A stretch of DNA of 19,935 nucleotides, from the NCBI GenBank assembly GCA_027451365.1, contig DAIDJN010000001.1, forward strand, positions 1 through 19,935. The letters run 5' to 3'. Positions 1 through 8,042 of this stretch are shown in pieces (the first letter of the stretch is position 1; each line of letters opens with the position of its first letter). The position numbers and the translations under genes were made by a program. Source of the stretch: Phycisphaerales bacterium. Its GTDB lineage: Bacteria; Planctomycetota; Phycisphaerae; WQYP01. The notes beneath the pieces are model-generated. The model did no database searches and was not told the origin of the DNA. It saw nothing but the letters and a program-made list of their open reading frames with translations.

Positions 1-142
1 TTTGATACCCTGGACCGTCAGGTGAGCATGGAATATGCCGACGGGTCAACGGAATCCCGCGCCTATAACACTGCCTCCAACATCATCACCTTTACCGACT
101 GCAACGGGTCAGTATTGAATAACACGTGGGACTGTGTTGGCA

Positions 143-656
143 GCGGGGCTGGCTTCGCCAGCGGTTGTGGGTGGCCGGTTCTCAGTTGTGGGAGATGGGC
201 ATGGAGCGGGGAAATGGGGTATTATCTTCGGCATGGACGAATTACAGCAGGGGTACCGGGATCTCGTGGTGTGGCAGCGCGCCGTAGATTTGGCACCCAG
301 GGTATACGACCTGCTGAAACGATTGCCGCCGGAGGAGCGCTACGCCTTAGGCGACCAGCTTCGGAGGGCAGTGGTTTCAGTAGCGGCAAACGTGGCCGAG
401 GGGCAGGCCCGGCAGCACAAGAAGGAATTCCTGCAACATCTCTGGATTGCGCGAGGTTCGCTGGCGGAAACGGAGACGCTTCTGGTGGTGGGGCAACGAC
501 TCGGTTATTGGTCGGATCAGGATATGCATTCCAGCATGGAAGCCATTGTGCAGGTGCGTCGGCCATTGCAGGGTTTGATCAACCGCTTGCGGGCGTGACC
601 ACCAGTCCCGCAACCGGGCACTGGAAACCCGCAACTGACGGCGAAGCCGGCTCCGC
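143..656 (+). mobile_element. Intervening-sequence-like element: four-helix-bundle gene enclosed by a long inverted repeat (arms 143-193 and 606-656)
   Basis: Hand pairing on the diagonal i+j=799 gives 45 of 51 positions paired with no gaps, 7 of them G-U on the + strand. The outermost 17 bp are fully paired (gcggggctggcttcgcc / ggcgaagccggctccgc). Rhs-like protein sequence stops at the left arm and resumes at the right arm. Confidence 0.75.
233..598 (+). CDS. Four-helix-bundle protein (23S rRNA intervening-sequence protein family), 121 aa
   Basis: Signature YRDLVVWQRAVDL..VY..L..LP.EERYALGDQLRRAVVSVAANVAEG..R...KEF...L.IARGSLAE.ET.L....RLGY. ATG at 233 is preferred over the ORF-track start at 134, which would run through the left repeat arm. 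Confidence 0.93.
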   Translation: MDELQQGYRDLVVWQRAVDLAPRVYDLLKRLPPEERYALGDQLRRAVVSVAANVAEGQARQHKKEFLQHLWIARGSLAETETLLVVGQRLGYWSDQDMHSSMEAIVQVRRPLQGLINRLRA

Positions 657-1117
657 ATGGGGGAATAATTCCAGCGAACGGCTGGGATACGATGGCTCTG
701 GTCGCAATATCACAAAGCGTTATTTAAGCAGCACCCTGAATGCCAACAATGGCTACGCCAGCACCATCGCATTGGTGGGCAACACGACGGCTTATGACCG
801 GGCGGGCGGCAAGTTTTATGAACGGGCACTGCACGCCGAAGAACGGGACAATTTATACCAACCCGTAGATGCCAACGGCAATATCGCCTCGCCGCTGCCG
901 GGCTATGACATTGTGAATCGGTTGTTGCAATATCAGCGCGGGGTGTTGGATTCCGCCGGTGGCTATCAGGATGCGGGTGGGCCAGCAGTGATGGGGCAGG
1001 TTCGATTGGAAACAGCTTCGGGGCGGGGGTATCGGGTGCGGGCGAGATCAACAATATCCATGAGCAGGAGAAATAATGGTGGGCAGGCGCTGGAAATGAT
1101 TGAAAGGGCGGTGCCCT

Positions 1118-2143
1118 ATGCGTCGAAATCAAACTGTGGTGGACGGGACCGACGGACTGGCGGGCGCGTCAGTTCTAAAGCGTATCGCGGCGCTGTCGCT
1201 TGATGCCTTAATCATGCTTCTTTTTCTCACACCCCAGATAGCCGGTTCATTTCCGGTTTCACTGCCTGGCCACGACCTGTTGGCCCTAGCCGCTGCTCTT
1301 ACCTTCTGCATAACAGATTTCTTTATAATTCAGGGTCTTACCGGTATGACCTTCGGGAAATACCTGGTTGGAATTCACCTTATCATGGCTGGTCGTGGGG
1401 CATCGCGGTGGGCCCGTCTGGCTGCCAGGTGACTATTTTTTCCCGGGCTTATTTTTGTCCCTCTGGCGGCTCTTGAACCGGGCACCCGTAATATGGTCGT
1501 TTCCAACATCGGCATCTACGGATTGCTTATCGTCTATTTCGCATGGGCTGGCGAGGCGCTGTTTATGGTGCTCTATCGGCAGGGGCTTTCAATTCACGAT
1601 TGGTTTGCATCTTCATTCGTGGCGGTCGGACGGCCTGCTGGGTGGGCTGCGTTTTCAAGGTGGGCACTCTTCGCCCTGCTGGCTGCATTTCTCGTTATTT
1701 TCGGCTTTGCTGGCGTGTGTATTATGGCGGCTAGCCAACATCTGTTTGGATCGCGGAATGCTTGGTCGCACTGGGCCATGGCCAAATATTCCTGCGCCGC
1801 GAAATTTGGCCATCGAACGGCCTTTATCTCGGCGTTTTCCGGTCGGAAAAGCGTTGAGGGCAACGGATTTTGGTTAACTTTTCATCGGGCTGGGCAATTC
1901 GGAAAGCCGGTCTTAGTTCTGTCAATTCGCGATAGCAAAGGCGTTGCGACAACCTGGACCGATTTCGGGCTGTCAGGCGTTTTTGCGATTAAGTCTAATC
2001 AGCACGGACTTTTTTATCGAATTAACGGCAGTTGGATATCGAAATCCGACGTAATCACCGTTCTTAATTATCCCCTCCGAGTACGGTATCTGGGCAACGT
2101 CTACGAGCTTACCGAGACGGACGGCTGGTCCAAAATTCGTTGA
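1118..2143 (+). pseudogene. RDD-family membrane protein with one in-frame TGA at 1430-1432 (possible Rhs-associated immunity-type gene)
   Basis: ORFs 1100-1432 and 1493-2143 share a frame, and the gap translates without further stops (*LFFPGLIFVPLAALEPGTRNM). RDD motifs KRIAALSLD and GMTFGKYLVGI precede the stop, and SIHDWFASSFV follows it. Confidence 0.75.
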
Positions 2144-2293
2144 GCTGTTGTATTCCGACGAATTGTGACTCAGCAAGGCGACGGTGCCGGTTGTTCCGGC
2201 CCAGGTGCGCCGTGCAAAGGCGACGTGTTCCAGCGAGGATAGGTGCTGTGCTGCCAAAGGTCGTCCGGGAGGTGAATAGAATACGGGCAGTCG

Positions 2294-2708
2294 CGAACGC
2301 CCTTAACTTAAGCAGAGAAAGCGATGGAATGAACGGCATTTGATCTCCTCTTCGCATGCGATCATCGCCTTGAGTGCGGACCTTGGGCGCGTCATGACGT
2401 TATAGCACTTGCGGCGGCGTTTGCGCATGCGCAGCTCAAATCTTCCGGGTCTTGTGGGATTGACCTTCAGAGTGGTTAATGTTTCGTCAGGCACCGCCTC
2501 GATGATCCACCTGATCCTGTCATTAAAGCGGATACGGTCTGGTACCACTCCGTGCCGCCGCAACGCCTGGGTCACATGGGGCATCCGTGACCTCCCGTGG
2601 AAGAGCCGTGGACATCACGTCCCATGGTTTCACAGCAGATTTAACAGTATTAAAATATATCTAGATATTATTACTATTATGACTTATGGCTCCAGTTAAC
2701 GGCATTCG
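2294..2708 (-). mobile_element. Internally deleted IS4-family element (mini-IS/MITE-like)
   Basis: Terminal inverted repeats cgaacgcccttaact (2294-2308) and agttaacggcattcg (2694-2708) match 13/15, extendable to 20/24 (2285-2308 vs 2694-2717). They resemble IS4-type AATGCC..TTAA ends and enclose a transposase-tail ORF. Confidence 0.7.
2303..2584 (-). pseudogene. IS4-family transposase remnant (start codons joined to the C-terminal tail, no DDE domain), 93 aa
   Basis: RRHGVVPDRIRFND..RW...VNPTRPGRFELRMRKRRRKCYNVMTRPR resembles the RPGRxEPRxxKRRPKxYxxMTxPR tail recalled for IS4-family transposases. GGGAGG RBS lies 6 nt before the ATG, and the stop codon lies inside the terminal repeat. Confidence 0.7.
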
Positions 2709-2802
2709 GGACCGCCCCCAGTTTCACCCCGTCCCTATGTTACAGCCGGCCAACCGTATATGATGTTGCGATTGATATGTATTTTTCGAAAGGATTGTTC
2801 CG

Positions 2803-3954
2803 ATGAAAATAAAGCGAAAAGGCACATTTGCCCTGATGGTGCTGGCCATGCTGGCAATGGGAAGCCAGGCCGTAATCGCCAGAGGGGCGGATTGGCAACA
2901 GAACGCCGCCGATGGGACGGCGACAGCCATGTCCCAGCCGGTGAAGGTGTTTATCCTGCTGGGGCAATCGAATATGGTTGGCTTGGGGCGGGTTGCGCCG
3001 CTGAGTTTCAAAGGCTCGCTCACATACGCGATTCGACAAGATCATCTCTATCCCTGGCTGATGGATAAATCGGGCCATTGGACCGACGCCAAAGAGGTTC
3101 GCTACGTTGCGCTTATGCCTTGGCGGGGCGAGAATTCACAGAGCATGGCGACGCTCATGAATGACTATGAACATGGTTTTAACGGCCAGGGTATGGCTAT
3201 CTGGTATAACCAGCCGATGAGCGTGCAGGGGCACCGGTGGATCGGGCCGGAGTTCGGTATCGAGCATTCGCTTACAAAGGCTAACCGCGGGCCAATAATG
3301 CTCCTTAAAAGTTGCAACGGCAACCGCAGTATGGGCTGGGACCTGCTGCCGCCTGGAAGCAAAGGCTTTACCTACACAGACAGAAAGGGCCATGTATGGC
3401 AGTATGCTGGCTACGGGCAAACACCCAACAGATGGATTAAGGGCACGCCCAAGGCAGAACGCCACCCAGTCCGTTGGTACGCCGGTCAGGAATATGACAT
3501 GGACGTCGCCAACGCAAGATACGCCTTGTCGCATCTCAATAAGTTTTGTCCCGGCGCCAAAAGTTATAAGGTTGTTGGCTTCTTCCTCTGGCAGGGCGAA
3601 AAAGATACCGGCGACAGAGCCTATGCCGAGCATTACGAACAAAATCTTGCCAGTTTCATTCATCACGTTCGTAAAGATTTCAATGCCCCCAAGGCACCAT
3701 TCGTAATGGGCACGCTTGGCCAGGATGTGCTTGGGGTCACAAAAGGCAACGATGGACTGGTTCTTAAGGCACAGATGGCGCTGGCCAACCCGGCCAAGCA
3801 TCCGGAGTTCAAAGGCAACGTAGCCACCGTCTATACCCATCCCCTGTCCAAAGGAGGATCAGGCAATGGCCACTACAACGGCAACGCCCAAACCTACATG
3901 AATGTCGGTCTGGCGATGGGTAAGGCCATGAATAAGCTGCTGAGCCATAAGTAA
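2803..3954 (+). CDS. Secreted sialate O-acetylesterase-like (SASA, SGNH-type carbohydrate esterase), 383 aa
   Basis: N-terminal signal peptide. Motifs VKVFILLGQSNMVG, IGPEFG, GFFLWQGEKD and a C-terminal HY. Confidence 0.85.
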   Translation: MKIKRKGTFALMVLAMLAMGSQAVIARGADWQQNAADGTATAMSQPVKVFILLGQSNMVGLGRVAPLSFKGSLTYAIRQDHLYPWLMDKSGHWTDAKEVRYVALMPWRGENSQSMATLMNDYEHGFNGQGMAIWYNQPMSVQGHRWIGPEFGIEHSLTKANRGPIMLLKSCNGNRSMGWDLLPPGSKGFTYTDRKGHVWQYAGYGQTPNRWIKGTPKAERHPVRWYAGQEYDMDVANARYALSHLNKFCPGAKSYKVVGFFLWQGEKDTGDRAYAEHYEQNLASFIHHVRKDFNAPKAPFVMGTLGQDVLGVTKGNDGLVLKAQMALANPAKHPEFKGNVATVYTHPLSKGGSGNGHYNGNAQTYMNVGLAMGKAMNKLLSHK

Positions 3955-4169
3955 TCGTCAATTGGTTGACAGCTTTTAACAACCGCGCGGCGAATGGTCC
4001 AGTATAACGGCTGGACCATTGGCTTTATTTTCATCATCGGATTATTTTCTCGCCCCGAAAGTGGCTGTAAATTTATGCCAACGTCCCGCCAACTCCATCA
4101 AAAATCCGCTTCTTGTTATTGATTCCCGCTCTTTTGCCGTTGGACTTACCCGTGGCATTTCGGCGAAAA

Positions 4170-4328
4170 TTCGCCGTAGGGGACACGGCGGAACGCAGAG
4201 GATTAGGAATTTATCTGCTCGTTCTGATGTTGCGAGTAACTATTCCGAATGCGCGGGCGCGGTGCGGGTGCCAATCGGAAACCTCATTTATTTTAACCTT
4301 TGCGTTACCCGGCGTCCTGGGCGGTGAA
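4170..4328 (+). repeat. Imperfect long inverted repeat (arms 4170-4201 and 4297-4328) around a 95-nt loop
   Basis: Hand pairing on i+j=8498 gives 26 of 32 ungapped positions paired, 4 of them G-U on the + strand. Confidence 0.55.
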
Positions 4329-4350
4329 CACGGCCCCTCGCTGTTTCTTT

Positions 4351-4372
4351 TCGGGCGAGACGCCCGACCCCC
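4351..4372 (+). repeat. REP-like palindrome copy 1 (tcgggcg-aga-cgcccga-ccccc)
   Basis: 7-bp perfect stem, 3-nt loop, C tail. Shares core GGGCGRGACGCCCG with the copies at 11184 and 14078. Confidence 0.75.
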
Positions 4373-4567
4373 AAAGTGATTTCCCAAGGTGTTTTGACCT
4401 GCGGCATGTGTTTCACTGAATTTAGCTGTTGATTCCGTACCTTCTGACGGGATATTGGTGGCGTATACTGGTGTGACAGTTTATCCGCCTCCGCTGTGGT
4501 CTTTTACAACAAACCACGATCAACGAACAGAAAAATCGAACTCCCGCCAATTTGCTCATGGAAACAA

Positions 4568-4594
4568 AATCTGTGGAATCTGTGGAATCTGTGG
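4568..4594 (+). repeat. Tandem 9-mer (aatctgtgg)x3
   Basis: Three perfect copies read directly from the sequence. Confidence 0.9.
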
Positions 4595-4771
4595 ATTGGT
4601 TTATTCTGGTGCGATTTTGTTTCGTGATGATGATCATTGGCTTCCGGTTATGCGTTACCCAGCGTCTTGGGGCGAAGCATATCAAATTCCTCCAGCTTTT
4701 CACTTTGTGAAATGAAGCCCCCCGCTGGTGGGCGTGCGCTTAAGGCTCAAAGCCCTGGTTAACCGGATGGC

Positions 4772-4799
4772 TTGACCGGAACCCGGTATCATCTAGAAT
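4772..4799 (+). promoter_or_regulatory. Sigma70-type promoter for tRNA-Lys
   Basis: TTGACC (4772-4777), 16-bp spacer, TAGAAT (4794-4799), 12 nt upstream of the tRNA. Confidence 0.65.
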
Positions 4800-4811
4800 A
4801 GTGAACTCCAC

Positions 4812-4884
<73 letters not shown>

Positions 4885-4904
4885 TTCAAAATACAGGGGG
4901 CCGC

Positions 4905-5612
4905 ATGATGGATTACGGCACAAGGCGATCTGCGGGAAGCGCGGCTGTCACAATGCTTGTCGTGCTGATACTTTCCGTCGGCACCGGTGGCGCCACTGCG
5001 GCGGCGGCCAACCGCATCACAATGCAACAGAGATTAATCGCCAAGTTTAAGGTGAATTTTAACCAAACACCGGTGCGCAAGGCGTTTTCCGACATGGCGC
5101 AGGCTCTGCATCTGAATGTGGTATTTGACGCGAGCAGCGTTGCCGCGGTAGGGACGCAGCCAACAACAACTATTTCTCTGCACATTCGCCATGCGGAAAG
5201 TGCCAACTGGATATTGGATCGGATGACACACAAGGTCTCAAGCGGCCCGCTTGACTGGACCGTTGCCCACGATTCGTTGCTGGTCGGTTCGCATGACTGG
5301 ATAACACAGCACAAGGTGCTTCGCATTTACAATGTGGCGCCCCTGGTTCTTAAGCGACTGCAGACACATATCTGGTATGTCAGTCGCCCGCGATTAATCA
5401 AATTGACCCGTTTAATTGAAAATTCGGTGGACCGGAACGATTGGATCGCAAACGGCGGAATCGTGGGAAATATCGCGAGATTCCGAAGTTGTCTGATTAT
5501 CGTCAACACACGGCGCAACCAATGGGCCATTGAGAAAATACTAGCCGGCCTGGAAAGGGCGACCGCGAATGGGGAAAAAAAATCCGCGCGTTTATGGAAT
5601 CAGTCCCGGTAA
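4905..5612 (+). CDS. Exported protein with STN/secretin N-terminal-like domains (planctomycete type), 235 aa
   Basis: Signal-like hydrophobic stretch. VNFNQTPVRKAFSDMAQALHLNVVFD is STN-like, followed by LRIYNVAPLV, LIENSVDRNDWIANGG and LIIVNTRRNQWAIEKILAGL. There is no secretin barrel. Start moved to ATG 4905 because the longer ORF overlaps the tRNA. Confidence 0.65.
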   Translation: MMDYGTRRSAGSAAVTMLVVLILSVGTGGATAAAANRITMQQRLIAKFKVNFNQTPVRKAFSDMAQALHLNVVFDASSVAAVGTQPTTTISLHIRHAESANWILDRMTHKVSSGPLDWTVAHDSLLVGSHDWITQHKVLRIYNVAPLVLKRLQTHIWYVSRPRLIKLTRLIENSVDRNDWIANGGIVGNIARFRSCLIIVNTRRNQWAIEKILAGLERATANGEKKSARLWNQSR

Positions 5613-5641
5613 CTTTTTGTTCAACTGGTGAAGGAGTCATG

Positions 5642-7903
5642 ATGCGAAAACTGAATTTGGTCGCGACGTTGCTTGGTCTTGCCGGCGCTATAGCATTTAT
5701 CGCCGGATGTCAGACTGCCGGAACTGGCGCAACCGATGGCAGCTTGCGGCCGGCCTCAACCGGGCCTGCACACCTGACGGAGGTCAGCCTGTTTCCCAAC
5801 GGGTTTGGCGTGTTTGAATATCAGGGAGTGGTTCACAACAATGCCACGCAGACGCTTACCTTCCGCGGCGACCAGATTAATGACGTCCTGGGTTCCATGG
5901 TATTTCAGGATGCCGGCGGCGGGCACGTCGGGGAGATTACTTTTCCCACCCAAACCCCGCTGTCCACTTTGCTTCACGGATTTCGCGTGGACCTGGACGG
6001 ACTGCCTTCGCGTTTTGACATGCTGGCCCAGCTTCGTGGCGTTTCAGTGACAGTGGCATTGCGAAAACCGGCCCAAAAACGCATCACGGGCCGCATTATT
6101 GATTTACGGTCACAGCATCCCGGCATTTTGAATACGCCTCTGGTGGTCAGAGCTGGCAACAGGCCGGTTATCAGGCAGCACTCCAGCTGGGTGATCAATC
6201 TTCTGTGCGGCAGTACGATACGGCAGATAAATGTCCGCAATGTGGCAGCGATTACCATCCGTGACGCGGCGGTCCGCCGATCTTTCGGCCGCGCGCTGGA
6301 CGCTTTGGCCGACCAGCCGGACCGCAGTTCGCATCCGGTGACGGTCTGGTTTCACGGCCATGGCCGTCGCGCGGTCGGGTTTGCTTATATTACTGAAACA
6401 CCGGTATGGCGCATGACCTACCGGATTATTGAGCCAGCGGGAAAACAAAGGGCAAATACCGGAGCCCCAGCAGCCCATCCGGCCACCGCAACACTCCAAG
6501 GCATGGCGATTGTAGCCAATCAATCCAGTGCGGACTGGAACAATGTGCGACTCGATATTCGCGGCGGTGAGCCGGTATCGTTCCTGTCAGATTTATACCA
6601 GCCTCTGTACATGCGGCGACCTGTTCATCCGCAGCCGCCAGGATTATTTCCTGCGCCGCAAACGTATGACCGCGCCTTGACAGGCCATGGTAGCCCCACC
6701 ATTATTTCACGGCAGATGTATGATCAACTCCGGGCTCACGCGGTTGCGGCGGCCCAGGGGGGCGGCCAGAGTTTTTTTAGCAGTGCGGGCGGAGCGACCT
6801 TCGGGTTGCGCGCGCAGGACGCTGCTTCGGAAAAGGTGGCCATGTCCCGAATTCCCTTTAACCCGCTGGCGGGCGTTCAGGCCATGGCGGATGCCGGAAA
6901 AGCTCATCCAGCCTTCGATTACCATGTGAATAAAATAAGTGTGGCGCGCGGTCAATCCGCCATGGCGCCAGTGCTGGTGGCACCCATACAGGCAGAACCG
7001 GTGGATTATTATTCCGCCGTGGATATGAACGGCATGTTCGGAGCATCTCCATATCCATTCCTGGCGCTGCAACTGAAAAACAATACCGGGAAATTTCTGC
7101 CCGGCGGGCCGGCTGCGGTATATCAGGGGGCAACATTGGCAGGCCAGGCAACGCTTCCATCCATGAAACCGGGGCAACGCCATACCCTTCGTTTCGCCGT
7201 GGATCGCGCCATGCGTGTAATGCTGAATCTGAACAAAGTCGCCCCTCCTGAAATGACAAAGGCCGGCGTGAAAGCGGGCGTAGTGGCATGGCACTTTAAT
7301 GTGGATACCCGCTACCGCTTCGTGGCGACCAACTCTGCCGCGACGCCAAGAAAGCTGGTTCTGGAAAGCACTATTCAGTGGAATGGACTTATTTCCCCAT
7401 CACCCGCCAGCCTGCCCAAGCCGAAGCATCAGGTCTGGCGGTTCAAGCTGACGGTGCCGGCGCATGGCCGAAAGGTTCTTAACCTGACGGGTCGCACATA
7501 CCAGCAGGACAGCGTGTCACTGGCCGCGATGAACAGCCACGGTCTGACGGCATTTCTGAAAAAACATCCCACCCTGCCGCTGGCGGTGGTTGCGGCCATT
7601 CACCGTGGTCAGAAACTTAACGCGACTGTGGATGCCGCCACCAAGGCCATCGCGTCGACCAACGTGCAGCTGAGCACAGTTAAGACCATTATCGCGCAGT
7701 TGGAACAAAGTCTTGCGACAGAGAAAAAAGTCACTCCCGCTTACACCAATATGGCCACTCTTTTAAATAAACAGGATGTACTGTTTGTTGAATTGAACAA
7801 CACACTTGCCCGCCAGAACACACAGCTGAGCGCAGCCCAGTCGGCGGCAAACCGTTACTGGAATGATTTGAACATTCCCGTGCAACCGGCACGAGGTCAT
7901 TGA
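5642..7903 (+). CDS. DUF4139-domain lipoprotein
   Basis: AAGGAG RBS at 5631-5636 and lipobox IAGC. Motifs VSLFPNGFGVFE, DQINDVLGSMV, YITETPVWRMTYR, LQGMAIVANQSSADWNNVRL and LPGGPAAVY. C-terminal coiled coil. Confidence 0.8.
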   Translation: MRKLNLVATLLGLAGAIAFIAGCQTAGTGATDGSLRPASTGPAHLTEVSLFPNGFGVFEYQGVVHNNATQTLTFRGDQINDVLGSMVFQDAGGGHVGEITFPTQTPLSTLLHGFRVDLDGLPSRFDMLAQLRGVSVTVALRKPAQKRITGRIIDLRSQHPGILNTPLVVRAGNRPVIRQHSSWVINLLCGSTIRQINVRNVAAITIRDAAVRRSFGRALDALADQPDRSSHPVTVWFHGHGRRAVGFAYITETPVWRMTYRIIEPAGKQRANTGAPAAHPATATLQGMAIVANQSSADWNNVRLDIRGGEPVSFLSDLYQPLYMRRPVHPQPPGLFPAPQTYDRALTGHGSPTIISRQMYDQLRAHAVAAAQGGGQSFFSSAGGATFGLRAQDAASEKVAMSRIPFNPLAGVQAMADAGKAHPAFDYHVNKISVARGQSAMAPVLVAPIQAEPVDYYSAVDMNGMFGASPYPFLALQLKNNTGKFLPGGPAAVYQGATLAGQATLPSMKPGQRHTLRFAVDRAMRVMLNLNKVAPPEMTKAGVKAGVVAWHFNVDTRYRFVATNSAATPRKLVLESTIQWNGLISPSPASLPKPKHQVWRFKLTVPAHGRKVLNLTGRTYQQDSVSLAAMNSHGLTAFLKKHPTLPLAVVAAIHRGQKLNATVDAATKAIASTNVQLSTVKTIIAQLEQSLATEKKVTPAYTNMATLLNKQDVLFVELNNTLARQNTQLSAAQSAANRYWNDLNIPVQPARGH

Positions 7904-8042
7904 AGGCGAATTAAAAAGCTCGCTGTACCACGTGTCGCAATCAGGGGAAGGCGACTGAACGGGCAGGTTTCAAAACGGGTCGGGCCAGCGGTCCGATGCC
8001 CACGCCGCACCGTCACCGGCCCCGGCGAATTTCCGACCGCCG

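Larger units (their letters stand above)
1..1203 (+). pseudogene. Rhs/YD-repeat protein fragment (5' end outside window), interrupted by a four-helix-bundle element at 143-656; Rhs-like character lost after ~981
   Basis: Frame 1 is open from base 1 and reads FDTLDRQVSMEYADGSTESRAYNTASNIITFTDCNG..NTWD. After the insert it reads LGYDGSGRNITKRY, AYDRAGGKFYE and GYDIVNRLLQY, all YD/YDxxGR-type repeats. No Rhs core-end (DPxG-type) motif or toxin domain is visible before the stop at 1203. Confidence 0.7.

Noticed and set aside
134..232. N-terminal extension of the four-helix-bundle ORF
   Set aside because: It translates the repeat arm. Family similarity begins just after Met 233.
233..598. Avd gene of a diversity-generating retroelement
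   Set aside because: The fold family is related, but there is no reverse transcriptase and no template/variable repeat pair in the window.
22..1203. 393-aa ORF as a single ordinary protein
   Set aside because: It is a composite of an Rhs fragment, the alternative frame of the insert and a non-Rhs tail. The frame is also open upstream of base 22.
1430..1432. Selenocysteine or genetic-code reassignment at TGA
   Set aside because: The context is a membrane segment, not a redox motif, no convincing SECIS is visible, and TGA terminates several clear genes here.
2144..2284. Possible RAYT/Y1 transposase C-terminal relic on the minus strand (GRPLAAQHLSSLEH)
   Set aside because: Too short and degenerate to support without a search.
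3967..4008. TTGACA and TATAAC as a promoter pair
   Set aside because: Spacing is about 30 bp, far from 16-18.
4568..4594. CRISPR array (also considered for 11208-11256)
   Set aside because: Units are 7-9 nt, contiguous and without spacers, and no cas genes are present.
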